Notes under the pieces: generated by a model | The model's database searches: none | What the model was told of the DNA's origin: nothing | Seen by the model: only the letters and a program-made list of their open reading frames with translations | Assembly: GCA_046594975.1 (NCBI GenBank) | Contig: JBKJRA010000073.1 | Span: 1-27,424 of the forward strand | Direction of reading: 5' to 3' | Length of the DNA: 27,424 nt | Source of the DNA: Pyrinomonadaceae bacterium | Lineage (GTDB): Bacteria; Acidobacteriota; Blastocatellia; Pyrinomonadales; Pyrinomonadaceae | Shown: piece after piece, positions 1 through 10,068 of the stretch | Numbering within the stretch: position 1 is the first letter of the stretch | How the letters are laid out: every line of letters begins with the position of its first letter | Position numbers and translations under genes: made by a program

Positions 1-117
1 TCGCGTGGTTATCCATTCATCGTTAGTATCGACCATCTTTTCCAGATCGGCATTTGTTAAAATGCCTTCCGGATAAGAGTGTCCCATCCCGATGATTCCC
101 GCGTTTTGTGCTGTCAT
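1..117 (-). CDS. fabH: Beta-ketoacyl-ACP synthase III, 5' part only (runs off window)
   Basis: Manual translation from ATG at 117: [39 protein letters not shown], the typical FabH N-terminus (TNxDLxxxVDTxDEWIxxR); directly downstream of rpmF. Not in the ORF track. Confidence 0.9.
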   Translation of the reverse strand, partial: MTAQNAGIIGMGHSYPEGILTNADLEKMVDTNDEWITTR

Positions 118-159
118 TGATTAGAATTAGAACTCAAAAATCCGTAAATTTCAAAAGGT

Positions 160-345
160 CTATTCGGAGTCTTTGACATCGATTATCTGACGGCCCTTGT
201 ACATACCCGTCTTAGGATCGATGCGGTGCGGCTGTTTTGCTTCACCCGTGTCTTTGTCGGCGTAAAACTGTGGTGTCGTCAGGGCATCATGAGCACGGCG
301 CTGGCGTGTTCGTGAATGTGAATGTCGTCGTTTAGGATTTGGCAT
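160..345 (-). CDS. rpmF: 50S ribosomal protein L32 (no zinc-binding cysteines)
   Basis: MPNPKRRHSHSRTRQRRAH N-terminus, 61 aa, yceD-rpmF-fabH context. Confidence 0.92.
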   Translation of the reverse strand: MPNPKRRHSHSRTRQRRAHDALTTPQFYADKDTGEAKQPHRIDPKTGMYKGRQIIDVKDSE

Positions 346-377
346 AATTAAACCTCGCTACATTGGCCGCTCTTCGG

Positions 378-887
378 CTAATTCAAATTTTTTAGTGCGG
401 CCCACCGAGGGTCTTCTGTCTTTTCTTCGCACTTACAATCTATCAAATTTCGGTTCTCGCCGCATTGCGGGCATAAACCTTTACAATCTTCTTTGCACAG
501 GACCTTTTCCGTCGTCGCAAGTATCAACTGCTCGCGAACGACATCGGCCATGCTAATTTCATCACCTTCGATCAGAGATTCGTCTAGTGCATCCGATCCG
601 AGTTCGATCTCCTCGTCGGTAGGCTCCGCCGCCGCATCAACGAAAATGTCTTCAAAATCAACGTCGATCTCTTTGCCGACCGGTTCGAGACATCGGTAAC
701 AATCGGTCTCGACGCTGGCTTTTATAGCACCTCGAACATGCGTCTTGCTGTCCTCGCGGCTGATGTCACCTGCGAACTCGGCTTTCGTTGTCAATCTCGT
801 GCCATCGCCAAGGTCTATCTCGTCCGGTTCAAACGCAAGTTCGAACGGTTTCGGATTCTTTCGCAGACTGGCCAACTCGATGATCAT
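378..887 (-). CDS. yceD: YceD/DUF177 family protein (23S rRNA accumulation)
   Basis: CYRCLEP and LCKEDCKGLCPQCGENRN...C.C...DPRWAAL motifs; upstream of rpmF. Start placed at ATG 887 (MIIEL) rather than 923. Confidence 0.88.
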   Translation of the reverse strand: MIIELASLRKNPKPFELAFEPDEIDLGDGTRLTTKAEFAGDISREDSKTHVRGAIKASVETDCYRCLEPVGKEIDVDFEDIFVDAAAEPTDEEIELGSDALDESLIEGDEISMADVVREQLILATTEKVLCKEDCKGLCPQCGENRNLIDCKCEEKTEDPRWAALKNLN

Positions 888-986
888 TACAAACAACTTT
901 CTCTTCTGCCTAAATCTCTGCAAAAGGCAAAACGATAATTATATCGTCTTGAGCAAAACTGTCAAACAATTAACAGCACGAAAAAG

Positions 987-2051
987 CTACATCGCAACAT
1001 CCGAACCAACTGCTTCGTCCAAAGATTCAAATCCGCGCTCCTTTAATATGCCCGCCAAACCAACATTGACATCTCCCGCAAACGACGGCCCACCGTAAAC
1101 AAAACCTGTATAAGCCTGTATCAGTGACGCTCCGGCAGCGATCTTTGCAAACGCATCCTCTGCCGTAAAAATCCCGCCGATGCCGATAATTGGCAACTTT
1201 CCTTTTGAATAGCGATAGATCGACGATATAATTTCGGTTGAGCGTGCCGTCAACGGTTTACCGCTCAAACCGCCATCGCCAATGTCGCTAACATCTGTTT
1301 TCAGCCCGTCGCGAAAGATTGTTGTATTTGTCGCGATCACTCCGTCGATCTCAAATCGCAAACAAATATCTACAATTGATTCGATCTCGGCTTCGGTCAG
1401 ATCCGGTGCTATCTTGACCAATAATGGCTTGCGTCCACGCTCGTTGTTTCCCGCGGTCAAAGAACTAAGTAGTTCTACCAAACTGTCAGCCTTTTGCAAT
1501 TCACGCAGATTCGGCGTATTTGGCGAAGAGATATTTACCGCCACATAATCCGCGACTGGATGAACCAGATCAAAACTTTTCAGATAGTTCTCAGTCGCTT
1601 CTTCGTTCGGAACACTTTTATTTTTGCCGATATTCACGCCGACGATGCATTTGCGATCAAGTTTTCGCAATCTCTCAGCAACAACCGCTGCACCGTCATT
1701 ATTAAACCCAAGTCGATTTATCAACGCCTTATCTTCCGGCAGACGAAACATACGCGGTCGCGGATTTCCCGGTTGCGGCTCGAATGTAACCGTTCCGACC
1801 TCGACGAAACCAAATCCGAGTGACGCAAGTTGATTGACGACAACGCCGTTCTTATCAAATCCCGCCGCGATGCCTAAGGGATTGGCAAACTTCAACCCGA
1901 ACCGCTTGATCTCGCCAAATGATGCAGTCTTGCCGTTTGCAAACGGTGGAGCCAAACCCATTCGCAGAGCCTCGAAGCCCAGCTCGTGTGCCCGCTCAGA
2001 ATCGAGTCCGAACATCATCGGCCGCATCAATTTTTGCCACAATTTGCTCAT
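987..2051 (-). CDS. pyrD: Quinone-dependent dihydroorotate dehydrogenase (class 2)
   Basis: [32 protein letters not shown] and GGLSGKP motifs. Start probably ATG 2051; the frame extends to TTG 2093. Confidence 0.95.
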   Translation of the reverse strand: MSKLWQKLMRPMMFGLDSERAHELGFEALRMGLAPPFANGKTASFGEIKRFGLKFANPLGIAAGFDKNGVVVNQLASLGFGFVEVGTVTFEPQPGNPRPRMFRLPEDKALINRLGFNNDGAAVVAERLRKLDRKCIVGVNIGKNKSVPNEEATENYLKSFDLVHPVADYVAVNISSPNTPNLRELQKADSLVELLSSLTAGNNERGRKPLLVKIAPDLTEAEIESIVDICLRFEIDGVIATNTTIFRDGLKTDVSDIGDGGLSGKPLTARSTEIISSIYRYSKGKLPIIGIGGIFTAEDAFAKIAAGASLIQAYTGFVYGGPSFAGDVNVGLAGILKERGFESLDEAVGSDVAM

Positions 2052-2148
2052 CACGCGTTCGCTCAATTCTAACGTTCTCTTCGCATTCGCCAAACTTGTG
2101 ATCTGTAACTTTGAACTTATGCCCGCCCTTTGTTACTTTTGTATTCGA

Positions 2149-2718
2149 ATGGGTGACGAAATAAATTTGGTTGAAAAGTCGCGGATTATGGATTCCGTCG
2201 AGATGAAACGTGCGATGCGTCGGCTTGCTACCGAGATCGTCGAGAATAATCACGGTGCAAAAGACCTCTATCTGGTCGGCATCCGCCGGCGAGGTGTGCC
2301 GCTTGCCGAACAGCTCCGAGACAAGATCGAGGCTCTCGAAGGCGAAGCACCGCTCTACGGTATCCTCGACATCACGCTCTACCGAGACGATCTCTCGACA
2401 GTCGGTGCAAATCCGGTCGTCAACCGCACCGAGCTCGAACATGATATCGAAGGCAAAAATATCGTCCTCGTCGATGACGTCCTCTACACGGGACGTACGA
2501 TTCGTGCGGCTATGGACCAGTTAATGGATTTTGGCCGTCCGAAAAAAGTTCAGCTTGCTGTGCTGATCGACCGTGGCCGCGAGCACCGCGAATTGCCAAT
2601 CCAAGCCGACTTTATCGGCAAGCTCGTCCCGACCAAGCAAAACGAGATAATCAAAGTCATGCTCAAAGAATATGACGATGTCCAAGCCGTAGGGATTTTT
2701 GAACGGCCAACTGATTAA
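2149..2718 (+). CDS. pyrR: Bifunctional pyr operon attenuation regulator / uracil phosphoribosyltransferase
   Basis: [34 protein letters not shown] and [10 protein letters not shown] motifs. Start taken as ATG 2149; the extension to 1834 overlaps pyrD antisense. Confidence 0.95.
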   Translation: MGDEINLVEKSRIMDSVEMKRAMRRLATEIVENNHGAKDLYLVGIRRRGVPLAEQLRDKIEALEGEAPLYGILDITLYRDDLSTVGANPVVNRTELEHDIEGKNIVLVDDVLYTGRTIRAAMDQLMDFGRPKKVQLAVLIDRGREHRELPIQADFIGKLVPTKQNEIIKVMLKEYDDVQAVGIFERPTD

Positions 2719-2725
2719 TTTTTCG

Positions 2726-2752
2726 AAGCAAGGTTAACGCCTTGCTTTTTTT
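2726..2752 (+). terminator. Intrinsic terminator-like hairpin between pyrR and pyrB
   Basis: GCAAGG-TTAACG-CCTTGC stem-loop (2728-2745) followed by T7 (2746-2752). Confidence 0.7.
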
Positions 2753-2762
2753 ATAACTGCTG

Positions 2763-3788
2763 ATGGAAAAACCTTTTCGCCGAAGAGATCTCCTTGGAAT
2801 TCGCGACCTGACCGCCGCGGAGATCACCGGCATTTTGGACACGGCAGAAAATTTCAGCGAGATCTCGACCCGCGAGGTTAAAAAAGTTCCGGCACTTCGC
2901 GGCAAGACCGTCATCAATCTCTTTTTCGAAGCCTCGACCCGCACGCGCACGTCATTTGAATTAGCCGCCAAACGCCTGTCTGCCGACGCGGTCAATATCA
3001 GCGTGTCTTCGTCGAGCGTCAGCAAAGGCGAGACTCTGCTCGATACGGCAATGAATCTTGACGCGATGGCACCTGACTGCATCGTCGTCCGCCATTCGTC
3101 GGCAGGCGTGCCGCACCAACTGGCAAAGGTCAGCAAGGCCGCGATCGTCAACGCCGGTGACGGAGCCAACGAGCATCCGACGCAAGCCTTGCTCGACGCG
3201 ATGACCATCCGCGAACACAAAAAGCAGATCGCAAACCTCGAAGTAGCCATCGTCGGCGACATCCTCCACAGCCGCGTCGCGCGCTCAAATATTCATCTCC
3301 TAACAAAAATGGGAGCCAAGGTCCGCGTCGCCGGCCCCGGAACTCTAGTTCCCATGGATTTCCAGTATCTGATCGATTCGAATTCGGCATCTCAAAACTC
3401 CCCTCCTTACGAAGGAGGGGTGACAGCGGCTTCCACTGACGTGGTGGTTCTCCCGTCGCAATTGGAAGTGTGCAACAACGTCGAAGACGCCATCACGGGA
3501 GCCGACGTGGTCATGATCCTGCGTATCCAACGAGAACGTCAGGACGCCGCGTATTTCCCTTCGCTTCGCGAATACTCGATCCACTACGGCCTGACAAATG
3601 AGCGGCTAGACCTGGCTAAAAAAGACGCCATCGTTCTGCATCCGGGTCCGATGAATCGCGGTATTGAAATTTCTTCGGACGTTGCCGACAGCTCTCGTTC
3701 GCTAATTTTGGATCAGGTAAAATATGGCGTCGCCGTGCGAATGGCGGTTCTTTACTTAGCAACGGGAGGCACTGCATCAGGCTCATAA
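2763..3788 (+). CDS. pyrB: Aspartate carbamoyltransferase catalytic subunit (with in-frame insertion)
   Basis: [28 protein letters not shown] and HPGPMNRG motifs. Confidence 0.97.
   Translation: MEKPFRRRDLLGIRDLTAAEITGILDTAENFSEISTREVKKVPALRGKTVINLFFEASTRTRTSFELAAKRLSADAVNISVSSSSVSKGETLLDTAMNLDAMAPDCIVVRHSSAGVPHQLAKVSKAAIVNAGDGANEHPTQALLDAMTIREHKKQIANLEVAIVGDILHSRVARSNIHLLTKMGAKVRVAGPGTLVPMDFQYLIDSNSASQNSPPYEGGVTAASTDVVVLPSQLEVCNNVEDAITGADVVMILRIQRERQDAAYFPSLREYSIHYGLTNERLDLAKKDAIVLHPGPMNRGIEISSDVADSSRSLILDQVKYGVAVRMAVLYLATGGTASGS
3396..3452 (+). repeat. Palindromic REP-like element inserted in frame in pyrB
   Basis: Perfect CCCCTCCTT-ACG-AAGGAGGGG palindrome (3400-3420) plus a weaker CAG...CTG hairpin; encodes [19 protein letters not shown] inside a region longer than in typical PyrB. 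Confidence 0.7.
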
Positions 3789-3791
3789 GTT

Positions 3792-5075
3792 ATGAAGTTA
3801 TTGATCAAAAACGGCCATCTTATTGACCCGGCTGAAAGCCAAAACAGCGGTATGGATATACTCATCGAGGATGGCAAGGTCACGGCTTGGCTGGGGCGTG
3901 ATGATGAAAAACCGACGGATGTTGAGACATTTGACGCGAGTGGTTTGATCGTCGCACCAGGGTTTATCGATATGCACGTGCATCTGCGGGAGCCGGGGCA
4001 AGAGCACAAGGAAACTATCGCGTCGGGCTGTGCGGCGGCTGTGGCAGGCGGTTGGACTAGCGTTTGTCCGATGCCGAATACAAATCCGATCAATGATAAT
4101 GCCGCGATCACTCGCTACATGATCGAGCAGGCTGAGCGAGCTGGGCTCGCGAATGTTTTCCCTATCGGAGCAATAACAAAATCATCAGACGGAGCCGAAC
4201 TTGCCGAAATGGGTGAGATGAAAGCCGCGGGTGCGGTTGCCGTTTCGGATGACGGTCGTCCAGTACCGAACGCAGGTATTATGCGGCGTGCAATGCAGTA
4301 CGCCCGTGATTTCGACTTGCCGGTGATCGATCACTGCGAGGACAAATCGCTCTCCTCCGGCGGCGTTATGCACGAAGGTCGCGTTTCTCTTCTGCTCGGC
4401 CTCAAAGGTATGCCGGCTCTTGCCGAAGACATCGACGCCGTCCGCGACATCATCCTCGCAAAAGATACCGGAGCCCACATCCACATCGCCCACGTCTCGA
4501 CCGCGGGTGCAGTCGAAGCCGTCCGACGAGCCAAAGCCGAGGGGATAAATGTTACATGCGAGGTCACCCCGCACCATTTCACGCTGACCGACAAAGCTGT
4601 CGAGGGCTACGACACCAACACAAAAATGGCACCGCCGCTTCGTAGCGAAGAGCATCTCGCCGCGGTAATTGAAGGTATTAAAGACGGCACGATCGACGCT
4701 ATTGCGACCGATCACGCACCGCATCACGCCGACGAAAAATCTCTCGAATATGACCGTGCCCCAATGGGCATCACCGGATTGGAGACCGCTCTAGGACTCG
4801 CTTTTAATGAACTCGTCCATAAAGGCGTAATTGATTTAAGACGGCTTATCGAGCTTTGTTCGTCAAATCCGGCACGCATTTTCAAGCTTGAAAGACGCGG
4901 CACACTCACGGCAGGTTCGATTGCTGACATAACGATCATTGACCCAGATCTGGCTTGGACTTACAATGGGTCAGACTCACGTTCGAAATCAAAAAACTCG
5001 CCTTTTAATGGCTGGAGTTTTACCGGAGCGGCTGTCGCGACGGTTGTCGGCGGAAAAATCGTTTATCAGAGATAA
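3792..5075 (+). CDS. pyrC: Dihydroorotase
   Basis: [17 protein letters not shown] and ATDHAPH motifs; follows pyrB by 3 nt. Confidence 0.95.
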   Translation: MKLLIKNGHLIDPAESQNSGMDILIEDGKVTAWLGRDDEKPTDVETFDASGLIVAPGFIDMHVHLREPGQEHKETIASGCAAAVAGGWTSVCPMPNTNPINDNAAITRYMIEQAERAGLANVFPIGAITKSSDGAELAEMGEMKAAGAVAVSDDGRPVPNAGIMRRAMQYARDFDLPVIDHCEDKSLSSGGVMHEGRVSLLLGLKGMPALAEDIDAVRDIILAKDTGAHIHIAHVSTAGAVEAVRRAKAEGINVTCEVTPHHFTLTDKAVEGYDTNTKMAPPLRSEEHLAAVIEGIKDGTIDAIATDHAPHHADEKSLEYDRAPMGITGLETALGLAFNELVHKGVIDLRRLIELCSSNPARIFKLERRGTLTAGSIADITIIDPDLAWTYNGSDSRSKSKNSPFNGWSFTGAAVATVVGGKIVYQR

Positions 5076-5088
5076 ATAGGAGAAAAAT

Positions 5089-5604
5089 ATGAAGCTAATT
5101 CTTTCAGCAACGATCTTGACTGTTCTGTTTGCTTTCCCAGCATTTGCACAGAACAAGAGTGTTTATACAAGTACAAAAACAGGTGCCTGCCGGACCATAT
5201 CGTCAAATCCGGACGAAGCCGGTTCTTACGAAGGCGAATGTGCAGGCGTCGGCGGTTACAAAGTTCGCCTGCTGGAGGGCGACATCCGTCAAACTATCAA
5301 TATCATCACGCCCGGCAAAAAGAAATTTGAGCTTAATTTTTGGGGATTCTACAGTGGTTTTTCATCGATCGGCGAAAAGATCGAATGGCGAACAAAAGGC
5401 GGTGTACCGGTCGCATTAATCGCACGCTTCAACGTAGCCGGCGCCGAAGATTCGTCAAAGAGCACCTCTTATCTTATGATCTCAAAGATCAGCAAAACTT
5501 CGTCATGCGTCGTTGATGTCATTATGCCGGGAGCAAAACAGAACGATAATGCTCGTGTATCGGCTGACTTGGCATCTACTAAACCCTGCAAATCACCTGA
5601 ATAA
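5089..5604 (+). CDS. Secreted hypothetical protein
   Basis: AGGAG RBS at 5078-5082, signal peptide ending AFA-Q, four cysteines. Confidence 0.75.
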   Translation: MKLILSATILTVLFAFPAFAQNKSVYTSTKTGACRTISSNPDEAGSYEGECAGVGGYKVRLLEGDIRQTINIITPGKKKFELNFWGFYSGFSSIGEKIEWRTKGGVPVALIARFNVAGAEDSSKSTSYLMISKISKTSSCVVDVIMPGAKQNDNARVSADLASTKPCKSPE

Positions 5605-5606
5605 TT

Positions 5607-6371
5607 ATGGAATGGGTCTCTGATCCGCAGATCTGGATAGCGTTTGTGACTTTATGTGTGCTTGAGCTGGTGCTCGGCATCGATAATGTCATTTTTGTGT
5701 CTATACTTTCGGGCAAGTTGCCCGAAAAAGATCAGCCACGTGCACGGTTCATCGGTTTGTCACTCGCACTCATAATGCGAGTAATATTGCTGTTTTCACT
5801 GACGTGGGTGATGGGATTGACGGCTCCGCTGTTCTCGATATGGAACCAGCATTTTTCGGGCCGCGATCTCATTTTGCTTGCCGGCGGACTGTTCCTTATC
5901 TACAAGGCCACACACGAGATACACGGTTCGCTTGAGGGTTCCGAAGGCGAATCATCTCGTAAAGTTTACGCCGGTTTTGCGGGCGTCATTATCCAAATAA
6001 TGCTGCTCGATATCGTCTTTTCGCTCGATTCCGTCATTACGGCGATCGGCATGGTCGATAATGTCTGGATCATGATCTCGGCGGTCGTGTTTTCGATCAT
6101 CGCGATGATGTTGTTTGCCGGTTCGATCGGGGCTTTTGTTCAACGGCACCCTTCGATCAAGATGCTTGCCCTGTCGTTTTTGCTAATGATCGGCCTTACG
6201 CTCATCGCCGAGGGACTCGAATTTCATATTCCGAAAGGCTACGTCTATGTAGCGATGGCGTTTTCAGTTTTTGTCGAAATATTGAATATAAGGCTTCGGA
6301 AAAAGACCGCTGTTGTGCAATTGCACAATGAGTTTTCTGACGAGGACGAACGCAAAGCCATCGAAGAGTAA
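5607..6371 (+). CDS. TerC family membrane protein
   Basis: LELVLGIDN and DIVFSLDSVITA motifs; multiple TM segments. Confidence 0.92.
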   Translation: MEWVSDPQIWIAFVTLCVLELVLGIDNVIFVSILSGKLPEKDQPRARFIGLSLALIMRVILLFSLTWVMGLTAPLFSIWNQHFSGRDLILLAGGLFLIYKATHEIHGSLEGSEGESSRKVYAGFAGVIIQIMLLDIVFSLDSVITAIGMVDNVWIMISAVVFSIIAMMLFAGSIGAFVQRHPSIKMLALSFLLMIGLTLIAEGLEFHIPKGYVYVAMAFSVFVEILNIRLRKKTAVVQLHNEFSDEDERKAIEE

Positions 6372-6488
6372 AAATTTATCGACAACGCCGCAGATATATC
6401 GCAGCATCAATTAGCACAAGGTCTCGCGGGGAGCGTTCTAGCATTACCATTTGCACCTCACTTTTCCATCACTAAAGGCGGTCAAAAT

Positions 6489-7484
6489 ATGCGGATCAGG
6501 AATTTACAGCTTGCGGCAATCGCTCTCACATTTTTATTCGTTACATTTTCTTACGGACAAAATGACATACGAGAAAATGCGATCTCCGGTGCTGGTTGGC
6601 AATGGCCGGCAAACAGCAACGGCATCACCTACATTCCTGTTTGCTGGGAAAATCCTAACGGATATGCCACTGAAACAGCTCTCGTCAAAGACAAGATCCT
6701 ACATACTTGGGCCGCCGTCGCCAACATCAATTTCTACGGCTGGGCTGCCTGCACACCGGCTAGCAAAGGCATCCGTATTCTCGCAACTGATACCCGCTCC
6801 AATTCGGGCATCGGCAAATACATGAACGGATCCGTGAACAGCATGGAGCTTAATTTTACATTCAAAAATTTTTCCCCTAGTTGCCAGGCCGCAAACCGAA
6901 GACCATACTGCATAACCTCTATCGCTGTCCATGAGTTTGGCCACGCACTCGGTCTGATGCACGAACAGGACCGCTCGGATTCGACCTGCAAGACCGAAAG
7001 ATACGCTAGTGGCGGTTGGCTATTGACTGCCTACGATCCGGATTCTGTAATGAATTACTGCAATCCTCGTTGGAACAACGACGGTAATCTTAGTGCATTG
7101 GACGCTCAGGGCATCCAAAAGCTTTATGGTGCGAGAGCGATGCCCACAACCGGCAGGATCGCTGTAACCGACGAATTAAACATCCCGGCTGGCCAAAAAT
7201 GGGAACATATTATTATGCAGATCGGCGGCCCTGCATCGCGGCGCGATTTTGTCTTACAAGACACGATCACGAAACAGACCAATACCTGGAGCTATCCTGA
7301 TGGTGGTAAATATTGCTACAAGATCTGGTCAAACACGCTCTACACCAGCGGCGTATATCGCGACGGCTACGGCGAGGGTTGCTACACACTCGAGCCGGGC
7401 AAAAACTACAATTGGCAGATTGCCTTCAAAAAAGGCACGGGCAGTGCTTTTTTTAATATCGTGTTAGAAGCGGCTAGGAAATAG
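6489..7484 (+). CDS. Secreted zinc metallopeptidase, metzincin/astacin-like (M12), with C-terminal extra domain
   Basis: Signal peptide; HEFGHALGLMHE (HExxHxxGxxH) and YDPDSVMNY Met-turn. Confidence 0.85.
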   Translation: MRIRNLQLAAIALTFLFVTFSYGQNDIRENAISGAGWQWPANSNGITYIPVCWENPNGYATETALVKDKILHTWAAVANINFYGWAACTPASKGIRILATDTRSNSGIGKYMNGSVNSMELNFTFKNFSPSCQAANRRPYCITSIAVHEFGHALGLMHEQDRSDSTCKTERYASGGWLLTAYDPDSVMNYCNPRWNNDGNLSALDAQGIQKLYGARAMPTTGRIAVTDELNIPAGQKWEHIIMQIGGPASRRDFVLQDTITKQTNTWSYPDGGKYCYKIWSNTLYTSGVYRDGYGEGCYTLEPGKNYNWQIAFKKGTGSAFFNIVLEAARK

Positions 7485-8445
7485 CCGCCTTAAAATCTAT
7501 CGCAGTTTCAAAATCTAACGCCTCGCGTGTCACCGGATGTGCAAACGCCAGCCGATGTGCGTGTAGACAGAGTCGATGATATTCCCGCCCGCCACGCTGA
7601 ATGTCGCCGACTATTGGATGGCCGATCAATTCGCAGTGGATCCGCAGTTGATTCGTCCGACCTGTGACCGGCTCCATCTCGATCAGCGTCGTTGACGCAC
7701 CCCTTTCGCGAACCCAAAACCTCGATTCCGAATGCTTGCCGTCCTCTTTAACGCTCCACTGTTTTAGATCCGCAAACCGCCCTATCGGGGCCTCAATAGT
7801 TCCCTCTTCTTTTTCAACGATGCCGTCAACTAACGCCAAGTAACGCTTTTCGACACGCTTTTTCATAAAATCATTAGAAAGGTGGCGATGCGTGTAAGCT
7901 GTCTTTGCGACGACGACCAAGCCCGATGTTTGCTTATCAAGACGATGCGGCAATCCAGGTCTTATGATTGCGGATTGCGGATTGCGGATTGCTGAGTCCC
8001 GATCATTATTCTCCAATTCCTTTGCGATCTTTGCGTTTTTGCGTCTTTGCGTTAAAACTTTCTTATTGAGGTAATACGCAAGTGCATTCAGCATCGTTTG
8101 ATTATTTTCACGATGCGATGGATGGACAAGCATCCCTGCGGGCTTATTGACAACGATTAGGTCGGAGTCTTCGTAAACGATCACAAGCGGAATATTTTCA
8201 GGCTTCATCGCCGTCACGCGGGTCTGATCGACCGTCACCTCGATTAGATCATTTTCACGCAGACGATAGCCGCGATTTTCCCAACGCCCATTTACCTCGC
8301 ACCGCTCGGTTTTCACTATATCGCGCAGATACATCTTGCTCAGATCACTAAAACGGTCAAGCAAAAAATCCTCAAGCCGCATTTTCTGGGCATCTGCGGC
8401 AACTACGATCACAACTTTTTCTTCCACTTTTCTATTGTATCGCAA
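7474..8445 (-). CDS. RluA/RluD-family pseudouridine synthase with S4 domain (with in-frame insertion)
   Basis: VVNKPAGMLVHP, HRLDKQTSG (catalytic Asp) and PVTGRTNQLR motifs. Start uncertain (TTG 8445 or GTG 8427). Confidence 0.92.
   Translation of the reverse strand: MRYNRKVEEKVVIVVAADAQKMRLEDFLLDRFSDLSKMYLRDIVKTERCEVNGRWENRGYRLRENDLIEVTVDQTRVTAMKPENIPLVIVYEDSDLIVVNKPAGMLVHPSHRENNQTMLNALAYYLNKKVLTQRRKNAKIAKELENNDRDSAIRNPQSAIIRPGLPHRLDKQTSGLVVVAKTAYTHRHLSNDFMKKRVEKRYLALVDGIVEKEEGTIEAPIGRFADLKQWSVKEDGKHSESRFWVRERGASTTLIEMEPVTGRTNQLRIHCELIGHPIVGDIQRGGREYHRLCLHAHRLAFAHPVTREALDFETAIDFKAAIS
7967..7994. repeat. Heptamer tandem repeat (ATTGCGG x3 + ATTGCTG) inside the RluA-family gene
   Basis: Read directly; encodes SAIRNPQSAI on the minus strand. 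Confidence 0.9.
8021..8053. repeat. 8-9-nt tandem repeat (TTTGCG core x4) inside the RluA-family gene
   Basis: tttgcgatc tttgcgtt tttgcgtc tttgcgtt; encodes TQRRKNAKIAK on the minus strand. Confidence 0.85.
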
Positions 8446-8454
8446 CCAATTAGC

Positions 8455-10068
8455 ATGGGTCGTTTAGCCCACAAGATTGTCGTCAGAATTATTACCGCTT
8501 ATAATCAGGCATTGAGGATAAGTCCTACAATTTTGTCACAAATATCTAATTACAATTTAAGCATTCTGACCGGTATCAGTTTGGTCACAGCCGATTCTCG
8601 TGGCATTCGTACCGACTGCGGACTGATCCTAGATACTCTTAAAAAAGAGCTTGATGTCATATTTGGATTCGTCGGCATCCTACAAACCGAGACTGATAAA
8701 TTCGACATTATCGCAGCGACGGGCCTCGATGCTGCCGATTTTCGCCGCCTAGAGACACGCGCAGGATCGAGTGCCCTTATGCGTGTTTTTGACCTGCGGG
8801 AATCGATTACGTTGCTTGTAAATGACGAGCCTTCGCTCGATTTTCTTTCTAATCCGGCGATCGTCGGCGAGTTGATTTCCGCGCCAATAATACTTTCGCA
8901 GGCATGTGTTGGGTCGATCTCGCTAGCATTTGATAAGACAAAGTTTAAAGACCGCAGCAATGTCATACATTTGCTTGAGATCGTCGCGGCTATGATCGCA
9001 CAATCCTTACGTGCCGAGCGGCTCGAACGCGAAGAAAGCCGCAAGCTTGCCGAAGAAAACACGCATCTCAAGCAGGAGCTCAAAGAAAAATATGATTTCA
9101 GCCATCTGATCGGTAATTCAAGCCCAATGCGGCAAGTTTACGATCAAGTGACCCAGGTCGCCCGTTCAAATGCCACCATTATGATTCGCGGCGAGAGCGG
9201 CACCGGCAAAGAGCTGATCGCGAACGCTATTCACTACAATAGCCTTCGTTCCAAACGACCTTTTATAAAGTTAAACTGTGCCGCCCTGCCCGAGACACTG
9301 ATCAAATCGGAGTTGTTCGGCTACGAGCAGGGTGCATTTACCGGTGCCGCAAAGCGTAAAAAAGGCCGTTTCGAGATGGCCGAAGGTGGAACAATATTCC
9401 TCGACGAGGTTGGCGACCTGCCTCCGCAAACTCAGGTAAAACTGCTTCGCGTGCTTCAGGAGCGTGAGTTCGAACGCCTCGGCGGTACCGAAACTATTAA
9501 GGTAAACGTCCGCCTCATCACCGCGACGAACAAAGATCTGGAGGCATCGATAATCAATAACTCTTTTCGCGAAGACCTTTTTTACCGTCTCAATGTCTTC
9601 ACTATCTTCTTACCGCCCCTTCGCGAGCGCAAAGCTGACATTCTCCAACTCGCCGAGCATTTCATGAAAAAATACGAGGCGGAGCACGGTAAACGCATCC
9701 TGCGAATATCGACGCCGGCGATCGATATGCTGACGGCGTATCATTATCCGGGCAATGTCCGCGAGCTTGAAAACGCTATCGAACATGCTGTGCTCGTCTG
9801 CGATTCCAATGTAATTCACGGGCATCATCTGCCCCCGACGCTGCAGACCGCTGAGGTGAGCGGTACCGAAACTCGCGTCACGCTCGAATCTGCCGTCGCC
9901 GCTTTTGAACGCGATCTGATCCAGGACGCCTTGAAATCGACACGCGGCAACGTAACTAAAGCTGCAAAAATGCTCGATTCGACGGAACGTATCCTCGGCT
10001 ACAAGATAAAAAAGTACGCAATTGATACAATTCGATTTCGGAAATGGAACGCAAAGAATTTCTCATAA
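8455..10068 (+). CDS. GAF-domain sigma54-dependent Fis-family activator (NifA-like architecture)
   Basis: GESGTGKE Walker A, GAFTGA, FLDEVG Walker B, YPGNVREL, C-terminal HTH. True start may be later (e.g. TTG 8533). Confidence 0.9.
   Translation: MGRLAHKIVVRIITAYNQALRISPTILSQISNYNLSILTGISLVTADSRGIRTDCGLILDTLKKELDVIFGFVGILQTETDKFDIIAATGLDAADFRRLETRAGSSALMRVFDLRESITLLVNDEPSLDFLSNPAIVGELISAPIILSQACVGSISLAFDKTKFKDRSNVIHLLEIVAAMIAQSLRAERLEREESRKLAEENTHLKQELKEKYDFSHLIGNSSPMRQVYDQVTQVARSNATIMIRGESGTGKELIANAIHYNSLRSKRPFIKLNCAALPETLIKSELFGYEQGAFTGAAKRKKGRFEMAEGGTIFLDEVGDLPPQTQVKLLRVLQEREFERLGGTETIKVNVRLITATNKDLEASIINNSFREDLFYRLNVFTIFLPPLRERKADILQLAEHFMKKYEAEHGKRILRISTPAIDMLTAYHYPGNVRELENAIEHAVLVCDSNVIHGHHLPPTLQTAEVSGTETRVTLESAVAAFERDLIQDALKSTRGNVTKAAKMLDSTERILGYKIKKYAIDTIRFRKWNAKNFS

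Noticed and set aside
2093-2120. Degenerate heptamer run (aacttgt gatctgt aactttg aacttat) in the pyrD/pyrR intergenic region
   Set aside because: Too degenerate to distinguish from AT-rich promoter sequence.
1834-2148. N-terminal extension of PyrR given by the ORF track
   Set aside because: It is antisense to pyrD; PyrR-like sequence begins at ATG 2149.
8455-10068. Nitrogen fixation (nifA, with the desulfurase at 22437 as nifS)
   Set aside because: No nifHDK or other nif genes in the window; both families are widespread outside diazotrophs.
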